Shown: positions 36,301-48,887, numbered from the whole stretch's first letter. The stretch is DNA of 63,888 nt, filler included, from Olpidium bornovanus S191 (GCA_017911155.1; 27 parts of 27 records of this genome joined end to end with filler, not necessarily neighbours in it); one strand, 5' to 3'. Numbers and translations are program-made. The notes: generated by a model not told the origin, from the sequence alone.

Positions 36301-38501
36301 CATGAATGGAACGCCGCAATCAAATCTCTGACTTCGGCTCTGCGCGCCAACCCGGAGATGGCAAAGGCGACAAAGGCTCGCGCAGGTTCGGCTTATCCGG
36401 GGGGGGAAGGGTTCCGCTTTAGCCCTGCGGGTTTTGCGGGGTCGATGATATTTTTATTCACCGACGAGTGAGATTTATTCTGGGATTTCGAACGGTGAAT
36501 CAGATTGCTACCTGGCGTTGGACATGCAGGCGCCTGCGCTAGAGGATTACCTGACGTTCCTGTCCTTTTGTGACCCGGAGAAACGCCGCGACGGGGAGGA
36601 CGGCGGACTGGATGCGCTCCGAACTGCAGAACCCGACGAAGACGAGAAGGTTGAAGCGGAAGCGGCGAAGAGGGAGGCTGAGGAGAAGGCGGCCGCCCTG
36701 TACGCCGGTCTCGCGAAGCAAGAGTACGACGACAGCAAACTGGAAGCCGCGGTGGGACACTTGAACAAGGTAAGGGAGCGCTTGCACAATAAAGGTTTTG
36801 TTGGCCTTTTGCGATGGTTTTTTTTTGAAATGCTAATGGTTTCATCGATTTTTCATTTCCCGCCTTCCATCATCCCAGGCGATCGAGCTCGATCCGACGT
36901 ACGCGCCCTTCTATTTCCAACGGGCGCAGATCAACCTGCTCCTCCAGAGAATCGCTATGGCGCAGGAGGACGTCAAAGCCGTCCTGCGGATGTACCCCGG
37001 CGACGTGGAGGCCGAGGGGATGCTCTGGCAGCTCACCCGGACCGTCCGGCGGAACGCCGTCGACAACGTGGTGGCCTCCGCCGACGACGAAGGGGAGGGG
37101 GATGATGCGAACGAGGCGCGGAGCACGATCCCACCGTTCCCGATGCAGAAGGTGAACAGGTACGGCAGCGTCCCCGGCCCGTTCGCGTACTTCCGCTGGA
37201 CAGTCAATGTCGCCGGGGAGATGAAGCGGAGAGAGGTTGAGGAGCGCTACCGCGAACTGCACCGGTTCATCCGGCTGAGGGAACGGCAGCGCCAGAGGTC
37301 GCTGAGGAGGGCGAAGAGGCTGCAGATGGGGTGCAGCGACGAGAGCGAGGACGACCAGACGCACGTGACTTCCGCCGAGGATGAGGAAGAGCACGATCGC
37401 GGGCGCCAACGGCTGGAGCATTTCCGAGGCAGGCCGAGGGTATGCGAAAGCCGCTCATCAGTGCGGAGGCGGAGCCCGATCGCGAGAAGCTCCAGCCGTT
37501 TGCCACGCGGTCACGACGTCGGCGACGCCATATCCGAAACGCCGGGGGCGCCGACGTCGACGCCCAAATCCTCGTCGCCGAAACGACAGGCGAGCCGCAA
37601 AGAAAACGGGGCGGGAAGAGCCACTCCACATTGGAACGCGCTCGCTTCGAGCTCGCGGTCCGACAGTTCATACTTTAGGACAAAAAAAGGATTGCAGCGG
37701 AAACTACCTCAACCCCGGAACGCCGCGGCCGTCGCGGTGAGGATCCCCGTGGCGGCGGCGGCCGCCGGAGGCCAGAAAGACCGGAAAGGGTCGAGTTCGA
37801 CCGCTCTCGACGTTTCCCGCCAAACCGGGCAGCCACCGCCGCCTGAACGTTCAATAGCTTTCCCGCCGGAACGTCCGAGCGTTTCGCCGCCGTGTTTGCC
37901 GCGCCAGCCGCGCGAAGTTTATCTCCTCGACTCGGGGGAAGGCAACACGCGCTGCGGCCCCGGGGAAGGCGAGCCGCGCGCACCGCTTCGCGTCACTCGC
38001 TCGGCGGAAAAGGCGCGAAGGCCGTCCCGGGCGCAGTCCGCAGCGTCGTCTTCCTGCCGCCAGCGGACAGCGGCAGCCGCGGCGCGCCGCCGGAGTTCGG
38101 TGCCGCAGTCCGCGTCGTCGTTGGAATCCGTCGCCAAAACCGCGGCCAGCTCGCGGACGAGGTGCGCAGGCGGCGGAGGAGGCGGCGGCGGAGGGAGGGG
38201 AGCCAAGGGAGGCGGCGGCAGCCAGGAACTGCCTCCCGTGCAGCCGGCGAGGCCGCGCGCGACTTCGGCTTCGGCGAGGGCGAGGAGCGAAAGGTACCTG
38301 GTTCCCCAGCCGCCGCCGCCGCAAGCGCCGCGAGGACAATGCGGCGGCGGCGGCAGCTGGAACGGAGGAGTCGGGCCGGCGGCGCCCGGGTTGCTGCTCG
38401 CGGGCCGCGAGGAGGGCGGCACCCCTACGGACCCGGAGACCCGGGAGGTGTGGGAAATCATCGAAAGGAACGCGTTCGCGCCGAAGAAGCCCGTCAAATA
38501 A
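36301..38501 (+). CDS. TPR-repeat protein with a long low-complexity C-terminus, 5'-partial
   Basis: Exons NAAIKSLTSALRANPEMAKATKARA|DCYLALDMQAPALEDY...LEAAVGHLNK|AIELDPTYAPFYFQRAQINLLLQRIAMAQEDVKAVLRMYP show the TPR pattern. The last exon is open to TAA 38501. Confidence 0.7.
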
Positions 38502-38600
38502 AAATAAAAATAAGAATAAAAATAAAAATAAAAAAATAAAAATAAAAATATAAAAATAAAAAAATAAAAATAAAAAAATAAAAATAAAAATAAAAAAAGA
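38498..38600 (+). repeat. (TAAAAA)n microsatellite
   Basis: About 100 bp of AATAAA/TAAAAA repeats directly after the TPR gene stop codon. Confidence 0.9.
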
Positions 38601-39592
38601 AAAAGGAAAAAGGAAAAGGACAGAGGGGCCGGAGCGTACGGCGAAATAAACAAAGGTGCTGGCGGAGAGTTCCTGCGCTATATGCTATGTAACTTTTTTT
38701 CTAACATCCGGCCTCAGCCTTTTGTGCCGCTTTCCCTTTGAAAGGGACGCAGGACCTTTATTTTTTATTGCAGCCCGCGCGCAAAAAAAAAAGAAAAAAA
38801 AAAACGAACGCACGCTGATGCGGGGGTGTTCGCGGGGAAAGACCGGGAAAAGAACGAGAAAGGAGCGCGCGGCTGCGTCAGCCCTCGAAGAGGATTTGAT
38901 CTAGGAGCTCTTGAGCACCTTCTTCTCCGGAGCGGCCATTTCCAAAACAGTCGACCGTGTTGCAGCCGCCCGCTTGCCGTGTTCCCGACGCGTCTCGCGA
39001 GTTCGGCGCGCGCTGCGGAAAACCGGCGGATTCTTCCTCCTCGCAATGGGAAGGCCGCAGAAGCAAGCAAAATATTTACAGCGCTAAACGTAGCAGAAGA
39101 TTTTTTTTTTCCTGTTGTCTCCCTCGTGCGCAGCCACGGGAGGGCTAAAGAACACCGGAAACTGCTTACGGGGTACTACTATTTGGTTCGCCGAGGCAAC
39201 CTCTATTCTGCGAGGCAGAGAGAGATGCTGAATCAGCTTGTGGGCACAACGCGCAGGCGCCGGGGGGGGGGGGTTTACATCACCAAAGCACAACAAACCC
39301 GCGGCCCACGCTAAACGTGATGATCCGCCTCGATCCCGACCCCGACCTCGATCTTGTTCTGGACTGTTTTTTCATGTGCCGATTGGCTCTCTAAAGTAAC
39401 AGAAGAGCAGGAAGCGGCAGCTGCGGCGCTGGATTTGCAAACGACACAGGATGAATCAACGTCTGGACTTTGCGAGCCTGGTCAGGTCGACCNNNNNNNN
39501 NNNNNNNNNNNNNNNNNNNNNNNNNNNNNNNNNNNNTTAATTAATTAANNNNNNNNNNNNNNNNNNNNNNNNNNNNNNNNNNNNNNNNNNNN

Positions 39593-40439
39593 GCGATTGT
39601 GGGCCCCCACTGCCATCAAACTTCTCAATCTCCGAAAGCATCTGCCGGAGAGCAGCGTCATCATGGGGTGAGGACGAAGGTGTGGTAGGTGTATCATGTC
39701 CCCGGGGGGCCTTATAGGGCGTTGGAGTTGGTTGTCCCGTCAGGGAATCTCCAAAATCTGAACCAGGGAAGGTTGTAGCTAGGCGGTGTGGAGTCGAGAA
39801 GATGGCTGTTTTAGATCTCATCTTGTCTTTTCCTTTGTCGGTGGGGGGGTCCCAGTCCCGGTCCCGGTCCCTGTCCCGGTCGACAATCTCACGCTCTCCG
39901 TCGCGTTCATTGGCAAAGGACATAGCTTGGCTGAGCTTGTCGGTAGGCGGCGGCGGTCGGTGAACGGCGGCGGCGGCGGCGGACAGTGAGCGGCGGGGGC
40001 GACGGCGGTGGCGGCCGGTGAGCGGCGGAGAGCGCAGCGGCGGCGGTGAGCGCAGCGGCGACGGAGAAGAGCGCAGCGGCGGCGGCGGCTGCCGGTGAGC
40101 GGCGGCGGCGGCGGCGGGAGAGCGCAGCGGCGGCGGATGCGCAGCGGCGGCGGCGGCGGCGGCGGCGGCGGCAGCGGCGGTGAGAGAGCGGCCGGTGAGC
40201 GGCGGCTGTGGCTGCGACGGCGGCGGCGGTGAGCGGCCGACAGGCTGCGGCTGGAGGGAGATGGAGGGAGCGCCGACGCGTCAACCAGAGAGGAAGGCGT
40301 GTCCCGTTGGGCTCATAACCTGTTAGTTTTGTGGTTTTCGCCTCCGTGAGAGAAGGCAGTTTATTGGGAGATTTACGCGTTATAGTACAGAGAACATTCA
40401 GGGGTTCCGAGGAGGCCTCCGGATTCTCCGGGTTCAACA
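39593..40439 (-). mobile_element. 5' end of a Ty1/copia element: 119-bp LTR, internal-tRNAiMet PBS, GCC-rich leader, gag start
   Basis: LTR 40439-40321 (TGTTGA...CTAACA, with TATAA and AATAAA). It abuts PBS GGTTATGAGCCC (40320-40309), then an ATG at 39923 reading ...LRQMLSEIEKFDGSGG. Confidence 0.75.
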
Positions 40440-41333
40440 GACACGAGCCGCCAAACCGGCGCCAAGAAGAGGCCCTTGTCATCAAGGGCGGAGCCGCCTA
40501 CCAATCCGCCGTGAAATGTTACAATTGTGGCAAGAGAGGCCATTTCGCCGCCGACTGCCGGGGAGGGAAGCTCAATACGGCGGTGACCGGCGACACGGTA
40601 GGCCGTGGGCGCGGGAGCAGGGGAAGAGCCGGAGGTCAGGGAGGACATGGCCGAGGAGGTGGCAGAGGCGGCCACAGGGGCGATCACGGAAGCGCCCCCC
40701 ACCGTGCGAACCTCGTACGATACGAGGAGGATGATGGCGCCGCCTTCATCGCGACAGACGCACAAGACTCTGCCTTCCTTACGAACACGACCAGCAGTGC
40801 TTCAAGTCAAGAATGGCTCCTGGACAGCTGCTCGTCCTTCCATATCGCCAAAAGCGCGGACTACCTCCAAAACCATCAACCCACGCGCAACACCATCTAG
40901 GTTGGCAACAATGCCTCCATGCATGCCAACGCACGGGGAACGGCTCGCTTGACTTTCGCCACCGGCAGGTTTGGGACCATCTCAGACGTCCTGCACATCC
41001 CTGGTATTACCAGCAACCTTTTGTCTGTCGGCAGCCTAACCGCAAAAAGAGCGACAGTGACCTTCTCCGGGGAGACTTGCACTATTGAACTTGGAGGGAG
41101 GCTTGTAGCAACCGCTTCACGCCAAAAGAACTACCTTTACGCCATGGATCTGAGCGAGACCCCGGCAGGATGGACGATTCCAAGCACACGAAGCCACACC
41201 CTTCTCCTGCCCGACACCGGGTCCTGGCATGCACGTTTTGGCCATATCGGAAAAGGCGCCCTGGACGCCCTCTGTCGATTGGAGGACCTCCCCCAAGAAC
41301 GCGTGACGGCCTGCGAGGTTTGCCCCCGGGCCA
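40440..41333 (+). mobile_element. Ty1/copia gag-pol fragment (Zn knuckle, protease, pre-integrase), with a stop codon
   Basis: CYNCGKRGHFAADC; EWLLDSCSSFHI; DVLHIPGITSNLLSVGSL; WHARFGHIG...CEVC. In-frame TAG at 40898-40900. Confidence 0.92.
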
Positions 41334-41433
41334 NNNNNNNNNNNNNNNNNNNNNNNNNNNNNNNNNNNNNNNNNNNNTTAATTAATTAANNNNNNNNNNN
41401 NNNNNNNNNNNNNNNNNNNNNNNNNNNNNNNNN

Positions 41434-42038
41434 ATGTTGTGGATGAAGTAAACCGAGACGCTCGAACTTACGTCCTTCGTGAGCTGGATGGAACTCCGTT
41501 AAAGACTCGATATTCGGGAACTCGGATCCGGCTGTTCCGCCGTCGAACTGGTGAGATGCGAACGGAATCGACGCAATTGGAGGCAGAGCTCAGTGAAGAA
41601 GACGAGTTGGGACGTGACGAAGAAGAGACAGACCTGCGCTCAAGAATGCACGATTAACACATAGCGAGCGTATTCGAACTACGACGCCCTGATTCCTCGT
41701 CGAGGATACGTAGGCAGGCTATGATCGTTGGGTACCCATCGGGAGACGCGGGACAAATAAAAAATCGTGCAGCGTGGGACGTGGAAAATTGCCGGAGGAC
41801 GCACTCGGGACCGGACCATACTCGCTCATCGACCACGTTTGCTGACAGTGCTATCTGCGGCGTTATGAAAAAATAGGTCGATGAGAGGGAGTGTGGCGCC
41901 TCGAGGCTCCAAACGTCAGGTTGAAGGCGAGGAAGAGATGGCGGCAGTCTCGAATGAAGGAGGCCGGGTGACCAAGTTTCGACTACCAAATGCCGAGACC
42001 AAATTCCAAAACTTGATCTTGAAATTCCACCGTACACA
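41434..42038 (+). mobile_element. Ty3/gypsy integrase C-terminus, with possible PPT and 3' LTR
   Basis: VVDEVNRDARTYVLRELDGTPLKTRYSGTRIRLFRRR (YxLxELDG motif) ends at 41657. Purine run GAGAGGGAG precedes TGTGG at 41892; candidate LTR end CACA at 42038 (weak). Confidence 0.6.
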
Positions 42039-42700
42039 TGGTTTTTTTTTTATTTCGATTCCCTCTGGAGGGAAGGAGAAAGGAGAGTGGCGTCGCGACT
42101 ACGGAACGGGCGGCGTGTCAGCTGCTGCTGAGCCGGGAGCCGACGCGCTGCCACTGGAGGAAGACCCGCCGGGAGCAACGGTCGCCGAGGAAGATCCGCT
42201 GGTAGATGGCGGCGCGGGCGCGGTCACAGAAGAAGGCTCGCTGGTAGCAAGGGGCATGAGAACCGAAGAGGCGGAGGTCGACAACGGAAGGGCGGCGGCG
42301 GATGTCTGCTACCGTGTGCTGCGATGACTGCTGGGGGCAGTAGCAGTCGCAATCCTGCGACGTGTTGTGGAGGCGGAGGAGGAACCGGATGTTATCGAGG
42401 CAGGCGCGTGTCTGGTCGTCGATGCGGAGGCGCGGCTGGCGCAAGCTTGCGACCGTGTGATGCGATCTGAAGGGGGAGGAGCATCCTCGTCCCTGCCGCC
42501 TCCTTCAGGATTGTCGTCGTCGTCGCGCAGAACGTCCCGCCAAATGTCTGAGAAGAGAAAATTTCGTGAGCGTGTTTGGCCCTGGTCGACCCGGGACATG
42601 NNNNNNNNNNNNNNNNNNNNNNNNNNNNNNNNNNNNNNNNNNNNTTAATTAATTAANNNNNNNNNNNNNNNNNNNNNNNNNNNNNNNNNNNNNNNNNNNN

Positions 42701-43828
42701 GAGAGAACGCCACTCGAGGTACCACGAGTGCGACCACCTCTATCGCTCTCCGCAAACGTTCGAGCTCGAGATCCGAGGATTCAATCTGCTTCCTCCGGAC
42801 CGCGTACTTTCTCCACACATGTTTGCCGATTCTGTGTCAGCACGCCTGATGTGTCGGTCGCGAAGTACGTTTGAATAGAAAACAAACGGACGAGCCTTAC
42901 CCTGTAAAACAGGTCCCGAGCAGTAACGATCGTTCCCGGCTTCGGGAGGTGGTCGTCCGTGGCCACGGAGCGTATGTCGATCTTGCCACTCTGTTCGTAA
43001 GCGGGATACGAATGCCCCGGCAGCAAGAAAAGAAGTCATTCAAAAGCGGTTCTCCAAAGCGACCTCTAAACAAGGGACTAACAGAAGAGGCGCTGACAAT
43101 AATTCTACTAATAATAATTATTAATATACCTTCAGTATGACACTGCTGGTACGAGGACAAGAAGAATGCCGGGTGATGATTTCCAAAAGCGAGACCTCAG
43201 CTAAGCTGTGGAGGGCTGGAAGAGCAAATGAGTAATTTTCAGGACATAGTCTGCTCTGGTGCACCGTACGCAATTAGTTGCTGCGGCCGGCCGACCTTCG
43301 CCGCGGAACCCAAATGTCCTGATGTCATACAGGCCTTCGATGCTATGGCACTTTGAAGTTGCTAGATCGGAGTATCGACGTCAGTTTCGGCAAGTCGACG
43401 GAACGGGTCCTGAGCAAAGTTCAGCCCCTCCGTTGAATCCTTTCCAAATGACAGCCGCGGACGTTTTTTTTTTTTTTGGTCGCTGAACACACCGTTCCGC
43501 GTTCCGATCAACCGCAAGTCCTCCGGCCGTATGCCTGTCCCGTTGTCTCTGACCTGGACGTAGAAGTTGGCGACGTCGACGCGGATGTCGATGGCCGTCG
43601 CGCTGGCATCCAGAGCTGGGGCGCAAAAAAAGCGGAATCAGTGGCACTCTCAGCGACCATCGCGCAGCGGAAAGCAGGGGGCAGCGGGCACGGCTCAAAA
43701 CGGCAGAAAGAGAGGGCGCGCCCACCGTTGTTGACCAACTCCACGACGGCTTGCGCGAGAGAGGACACGAGCAACGACGCCCGCAGCCTTGCCACCACGT
43801 CTGGCCCCAGCAACTTTACGGTTCCCAT
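42701..43828 (-). CDS. MLH3: MutL-family mismatch repair/meiotic protein, MLH3-like, N-terminal ATPase part (3'-partial, 6 exons)
   Basis: MGTVKLLGPDVVARLRASLLVSSLAQAVVELVNN|ALDASATAIDIRVDVANFYVQVRDNGTGI...|ATSKCHSIEGLYDIRTFGFRGE|ALHSLAEVSLLEIITR...|...GTIVTARDLFYR|YAVRRKQ. The ARLRxS start and TSKCH motif fit MLH3. Confidence 0.85.
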
Positions 43829-43913
43829 CGTTTGATGCAAAATATGCGCTCCGGGCGGGCGGGGGGTGGCGGGGGGGGGAGGGGGGTGGGGAGGGCACTC
43901 CTTTCCCCCTTTT

Positions 43914-43951
<38 letters not shown>

Positions 43952-45195
43952 CCCCCCCCTCCCTCNNNNNNNNNNNNNNNNNNNNNNNNNNNNNNNNNNN
44001 NNNNNNNNNTTAATTAATTAANNNNNNNNNNNNNNNNNNNNNNNNNNNNNNNNNNNNNNNNNNNNCCCCCCCCCCCACCACACCCCCCCCCCCCCGACTG
44101 CCCCCGCACCCCACCGCACGGGAGAGCTCGGAGCCCCGCGTGGTAACCGCGCGGGAAGGGACCGGACGCACCGCGTCGACAGACGCGACGTAGAGGGACG
44201 GCTTTTGCCGTCAAACTGCCCTCCGCTCGACGTCGACGAACATAAATAGCGTCCCTTCCGCTCCGTAGCTCGACCTCGACCCTACCGAACCTGAACTTTA
44301 ACCTAGCTTAACCTTCGACTGCACTTGCCAGCCCTCGTCACCTTACCTGTAGCTCCTTGCACAGACCTGACGAGGGAGAGGAATAGACGCTTAACCTTGC
44401 CGCAGTACAAAAACCATCATCCCCAAAGTTGGATTCTTAAATGTTTGTTTGTGGTTGATGGCTATCTTTTAAGGATTGTTGACGCAATTGGTGAATTTAA
44501 GCTTCCAGCACCATACGAGAATTGAATTTTCACAGCGTAAATGCTTGCAGGCTGTGGCGGTTCCAAACGAGAGGACCTCACGGGAACGTCGACGAGTTCC
44601 CAGAAGAAGAAAACGTTGGCGCGCTGCACAACCCAAGAGTCGCCTCCTGCGGCCTGCGACCCCCTCCGCCCCACTCCGGGAAAACTGGCCGCTTCCATTT
44701 TCGTGAATTTATTTCTTCTCCACGTTCGCGTGAGAACGACTCGGGATGTCGCTGCACGGCGCCTTTCGTCGTCACAAAAGATCTCATGCCAAAAGGCACG
44801 AAGGCCAACTCGCCTCCTTGGCCGCGGAAATCTTGGTCAGGTGCCAAAAGAAGGCTCCTTGGGAGCATTCGGGAACCGGCCGCGAGGCGGTCGGACCCGT
44901 CATGTGCCTGCGGCTCAGGAGACCACTCCTAATTCTTTTTCGTCATGGCTTCCCGGCGAGGAAACGTTTTATGGCCATCGGAACTCGTCCCAGCCATTCC
45001 AAACACACATTGCGTTGTATGGACAGTGCGACCGCCGCATGTCGCCTTTTTCTGTATATGCAATAGAAAGACAAGAAACCCGACGTGATAGACTAATAAC
45101 AGTACAAGTATGAACGTGTGGGAAACGCACCAGAATATCTATGCTTATGCGAAAGCTGCGGAAAAAACTGCGTACGTAAATAGAACGTCGGCCGT

Positions 45196-46633
45196 CTAGC
45201 CGTAAAGGGCGAGCACCACGTAATAGAAACATGGCAGGGAGAGCAGGAATGAATCGAAGCGATCGAGAATACCTTTGGCGGCGCATGCGTAAAACGAGGT
45301 GTCATTCGGAGAACACAGCAGAAAATGCCGAGATTACTGCCGAACACTCACCTCCGTGCCCAGGAAAGAAGTCTCCGCTGTCTTTCACATTTGCAGCGCG
45401 CTTGATGTACTGCCGCATGAAAAACAAGTTTCGGCCATTTAAAAAATGAAACAAAAAAGGAAACGTTAGGGCAAACGGCAAACGCGGCACGGGGAACAGT
45501 TAGAACTGGGCTGCAAATCATGCAGATCACCGCCACAAGTTGCGCACGTTGAGTGACGGAAACTCACGCTTTCCAAAAGGTCGCCCATGGGCCCCAAAAT
45601 GCCGAGCGTAAGGCCCAGGCCTATGTATCCAAAAAACGACATTGACGGCGGAAGGACACTCGTCCACAATCCAAACAATCTCAGCAGATACAAGACAAGG
45701 AGAGGGACAACGGAGAGAAGCACGTTGGCAACCAAGCCTTCCACAGTCTTGTTCGGGCTAGGTGCCCCGGGTTGCATAACAATAACATTTTACTTGTCAG
45801 AGTGGTACAAAACGCGTGATCATCATGAAACAGTACGTTGTCACGAGCTTCGAAAACCTTATCGTTGGGACCAGCGGGGTCGCGCCTATTCGCTTCCCTA
45901 CAAAGTAGCCGGCTCCGTCTCCAAACCAAGAGGAGTACAATGCCACGAACATAAACCCGGCGCCGTACTGGTTTGGTTGTACAAGTCAAGCGTGCGCATA
46001 AGAAAAAAAAAAACCAGACAGCACAGGTGGGGGAGAGTAACTGCACACCTTTGGCATGACAGAAATCATGTTGGCGTGCGCAAGTGGCCAAGCAATGTAG
46101 ATTAGTGCGGCAACCCTTATGGCGAGCTCGTACATCCTCGCCCTGTCGACGCTGGCGGTCAAGGACCCGTCTAGGAAGTGGCTGGCAAGCAGAACGACAA
46201 CCGTCGAAGCGGTCACCGCATTCAGGACGGCCAGGCTTCCCGAGACGGCAGCCGCTGCAAGGACGCCGGCCGAAAGCAGGAGCACGTAGTCTGGCACTGC
46301 CAGCGGAGCCGAATTGCCCACACGAAGATCGTCCTGCGCGGAACTTAACGCCGGAGAGCTGGAGGGCCAAATGCGGCCCAAGACCATCCTGAACTCTAAG
46401 ACGGCGCCCACGGTCATGACCGCCACGAACAGGTTCCACGCCCAGACGTGAAAAAACAGCAGGTAGGCCAGCGTTGGGACGTATTTCGCGGCAGTCGCCA
46501 GCCTCGCCCGTGTTCCGGGGATCCCGCCGGAACTATGCTGCCTCGCCGCCGGCCTCCCGGGAGCGCGTTCACTGGGCTTCCCGGCCTCGGCACGTCCGCC
46601 GCCGCCTTCCATCCATCCTTTGGCCGTGGGCAT
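45196..46633 (-). CDS. Phosphatidate cytidylyltransferase (CDP-DAG synthase), bacterial CdsA-type, 5 exons, ~339 aa
   Basis: Exons 46633-46049, 45967-45858, 45757-45568, 45409-45352 and 45272-45196, with all phases consistent. Motifs SSWFGDGAGYFVGKRIGATPLVPTISPNKTVEG and [36 protein letters not shown]. The start codon is uncertain. Confidence 0.92.
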
Positions 46634-46830
46634 TTGACCGAAGCCTCTCTGGCCAGTCTGTCTTTGAACGTGGCGGCTACAAGGTGTTTCTGAGTGGTGC
46701 TTTTGTCCGTGATCTCGGGCGGCGGCGCCGGCGAAAACAAACATTAAATACGCACATGTACCCCACACGGAACGCCGAACGAGGCGAATTCCACTGTCAG
46801 CCAGCACGAACTAAACGTCGCGGATGTTAC

Positions 46831-47480
46831 GATCCGAGGATGCGCCAATGCGAGGATGATGCGGCCGAAAAGTAATAGGTAACTGGAAACATCCAACGCT
46901 GTGTGGACCCTTGTATTGTTATGGTTATTCCATCTCACCGTTACAAGTTGTTTTACGTGGATTCATGGTTTACTCGGGCAACCGACAGATATGGATAAAC
47001 TCGAGATGGTGCTGACGTTCTTTGACAACGCATAGGATTTGGTACCTGAAAATTGCATCCAAATGGTTTGAATCAGAAAGTGGACCCGTCTTGTTGACTT
47101 TTTTAAAATAAACAGCACCGAAAAAAAAAAAAACCGAGGCTTCCCGACGTTGAAGCCTAGACGCGCTTGTGGCTGCCGAGAATGCCACGTCGAAGAGCGT
47201 AACGTCAGCAATTTGGGCGACACCTTGTTTAGAAACTCCGACATCGACGTCTTGGTAACATCTATCGGAAAGTTGAAGTCAGAAAAAAACTTTCAACGGT
47301 TTAATACACGAAGGACGCTACCCAGCGGTTAGTAAACACAGATTCTATCTACCGTTCAATGTAATATTCGCGTAGTAATACTTTCTATTACGCGCGGAAT
47401 TACGAAAATAAGGTGCACAGCTCTGTCGTCCAGATGGTGCGTGTTGCTGAAGAAGCCATATATGTTCCCGCAGCCAATCA
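46831..47480 (-). CDS. Four in-phase exons of unknown protein (separate gene or N-terminal extension of the CdsA gene)
   Basis: Exons 47480-47404, 47261-47204, 47045-46974 and 46933-46831 splice in frame: DWLREHIWLLQQHAPSGRQSCAPYFHVTKTSMSEFLNKVSPKLLTYQILCVVKERQHHLEFIHICRLPEWNNHNNTRVHTALDVSSYLLLFGRIILALAHPRI. Confidence 0.5.
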
Positions 47481-48077
47481 CTGTTGTTCAATCTTCCAGC
47501 AAAAAGAACACGATTTTTCGGTTTCCATGCGGNNNNNNNNNNNNNNNNNNNNNNNNNNNNNNNNNNNNNNNNNNNNTTAATTAATTAANNNNNNNNNNNN
47601 NNNNNNNNNNNNNNNNNNNNNNNNNNNNNNNNCGTCAGCGTGTATGCCTCGGAGGGACGGCGAGAGCGGGGTGTTGAAGCAGCGCGCGCGGCGCCGATCC
47701 AGACTCATCATTTTGTAGAATCTGGAGATTTGGTTTTCCTCAGCCGCGTCATGCGGACAAAAACGGGCCGGCATGACCGACGCCGGTAGAAGTATCCAGC
47801 GCGTGCCGCTGACAGCCAACGGCCGAGCGCAGAGCGCTCGAAACGCTTGACTGCGAGCTCGGATCGCGAGCCGGCGCTTGCATTTGACGACGAAAACACT
47901 CGCAGACGCAGGGGGTTCTGAATGCACGGATGCCCGAGCGACGCCAGTATAAAAAAAAATAGTCGGCGTCTCATCTTCCATGTCCTTGCCCTTGCGATCG
48001 GCCCGCTTTGCTGGTCGGATGAACTATTCTGAGTTCTTTAAGAAACTGAGCGTATCCGTCCTCGTAAAGAGCGCGGG

Positions 48078-48115
<38 letters not shown>

Positions 48116-48736
48116 GTCTCGGGTGTTCGTCTCGGAAGCCTGACATTTTGCCCGCGCGGAGGGCGAGCCGCGCCCGCCCTGGTATTTGGCCTGAGGGTGC
48201 GGCCCTATAATCATTGGGTGCAAGCTCTTCTGGCTCGGTCTTGGTGCAGCAGCGGGTGCGGTTGGGCGCGCAGCCTGGACGCCGCGATAGCAGGTCGGCC
48301 GCATGGTTCGTGTGGTACTGGACCGTCATGTTCAGCTCCAGCAGGCATTCTAGCAGGCAGTTTGCTGCCCACTGGTTGGTCGATGCCGGCAATAAACGGC
48401 CTTCCGTCTATGCATGGGCGACCCGCACGACACATTTAAGTGTGTTTTGGCGTCCCCCGTTGGTCGCGTGTCGTGAACGTGCCATAAAAAATATATATCT
48501 ACGGCATGCGACAGTCGAGGACGCCGCGTGTGAGACATCTTATTCGTCGCGTATTTACGGTTTCTCTTTACATGTTTTTTCAATCCCGGCTGCCTCGCGC
48601 AAGCCCCCGCAATGTCGTGAACATTGGCAGCGCAATATCACCCGCCCACCACGCCACGCCACCCCTCACATGCCGATCTCAATTCCAACGTGTACTTTCT
48701 TTATATAATCTGTTTAATTGTCAGACTGCTCGTCGC

Positions 48737-48887
48737 TCATCCCATCAGCAACGACGCAGCGCCCCATTTGACCTGTTCGCTCGTTGACAAATTGCGGCTG
48801 CGAAGAATCTCCTTGATCACTCGTGCTCTTTCCTCGAGCGGTTCGATCCTGTCGATCTCGTCGTCGATCTTCCCTTTCTGCAGCACA
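48737..48887 (-). CDS. Putative terminal exon of an unknown protein
   Basis: Acceptor TTCCAG| then VLQKGKIDDEIDRIEPLEERARVIKEILRSRNLSTSEQVKWGAASLLMG*. Confidence 0.35.

Noticed and set aside
42099-42599. Minus-strand low-complexity frame with a single internal TAG (readthrough candidate)
   Set aside because: It has no recognisable domain, sits beside retroelement debris, and GC-rich S/A/T-rich frames stay open by chance.
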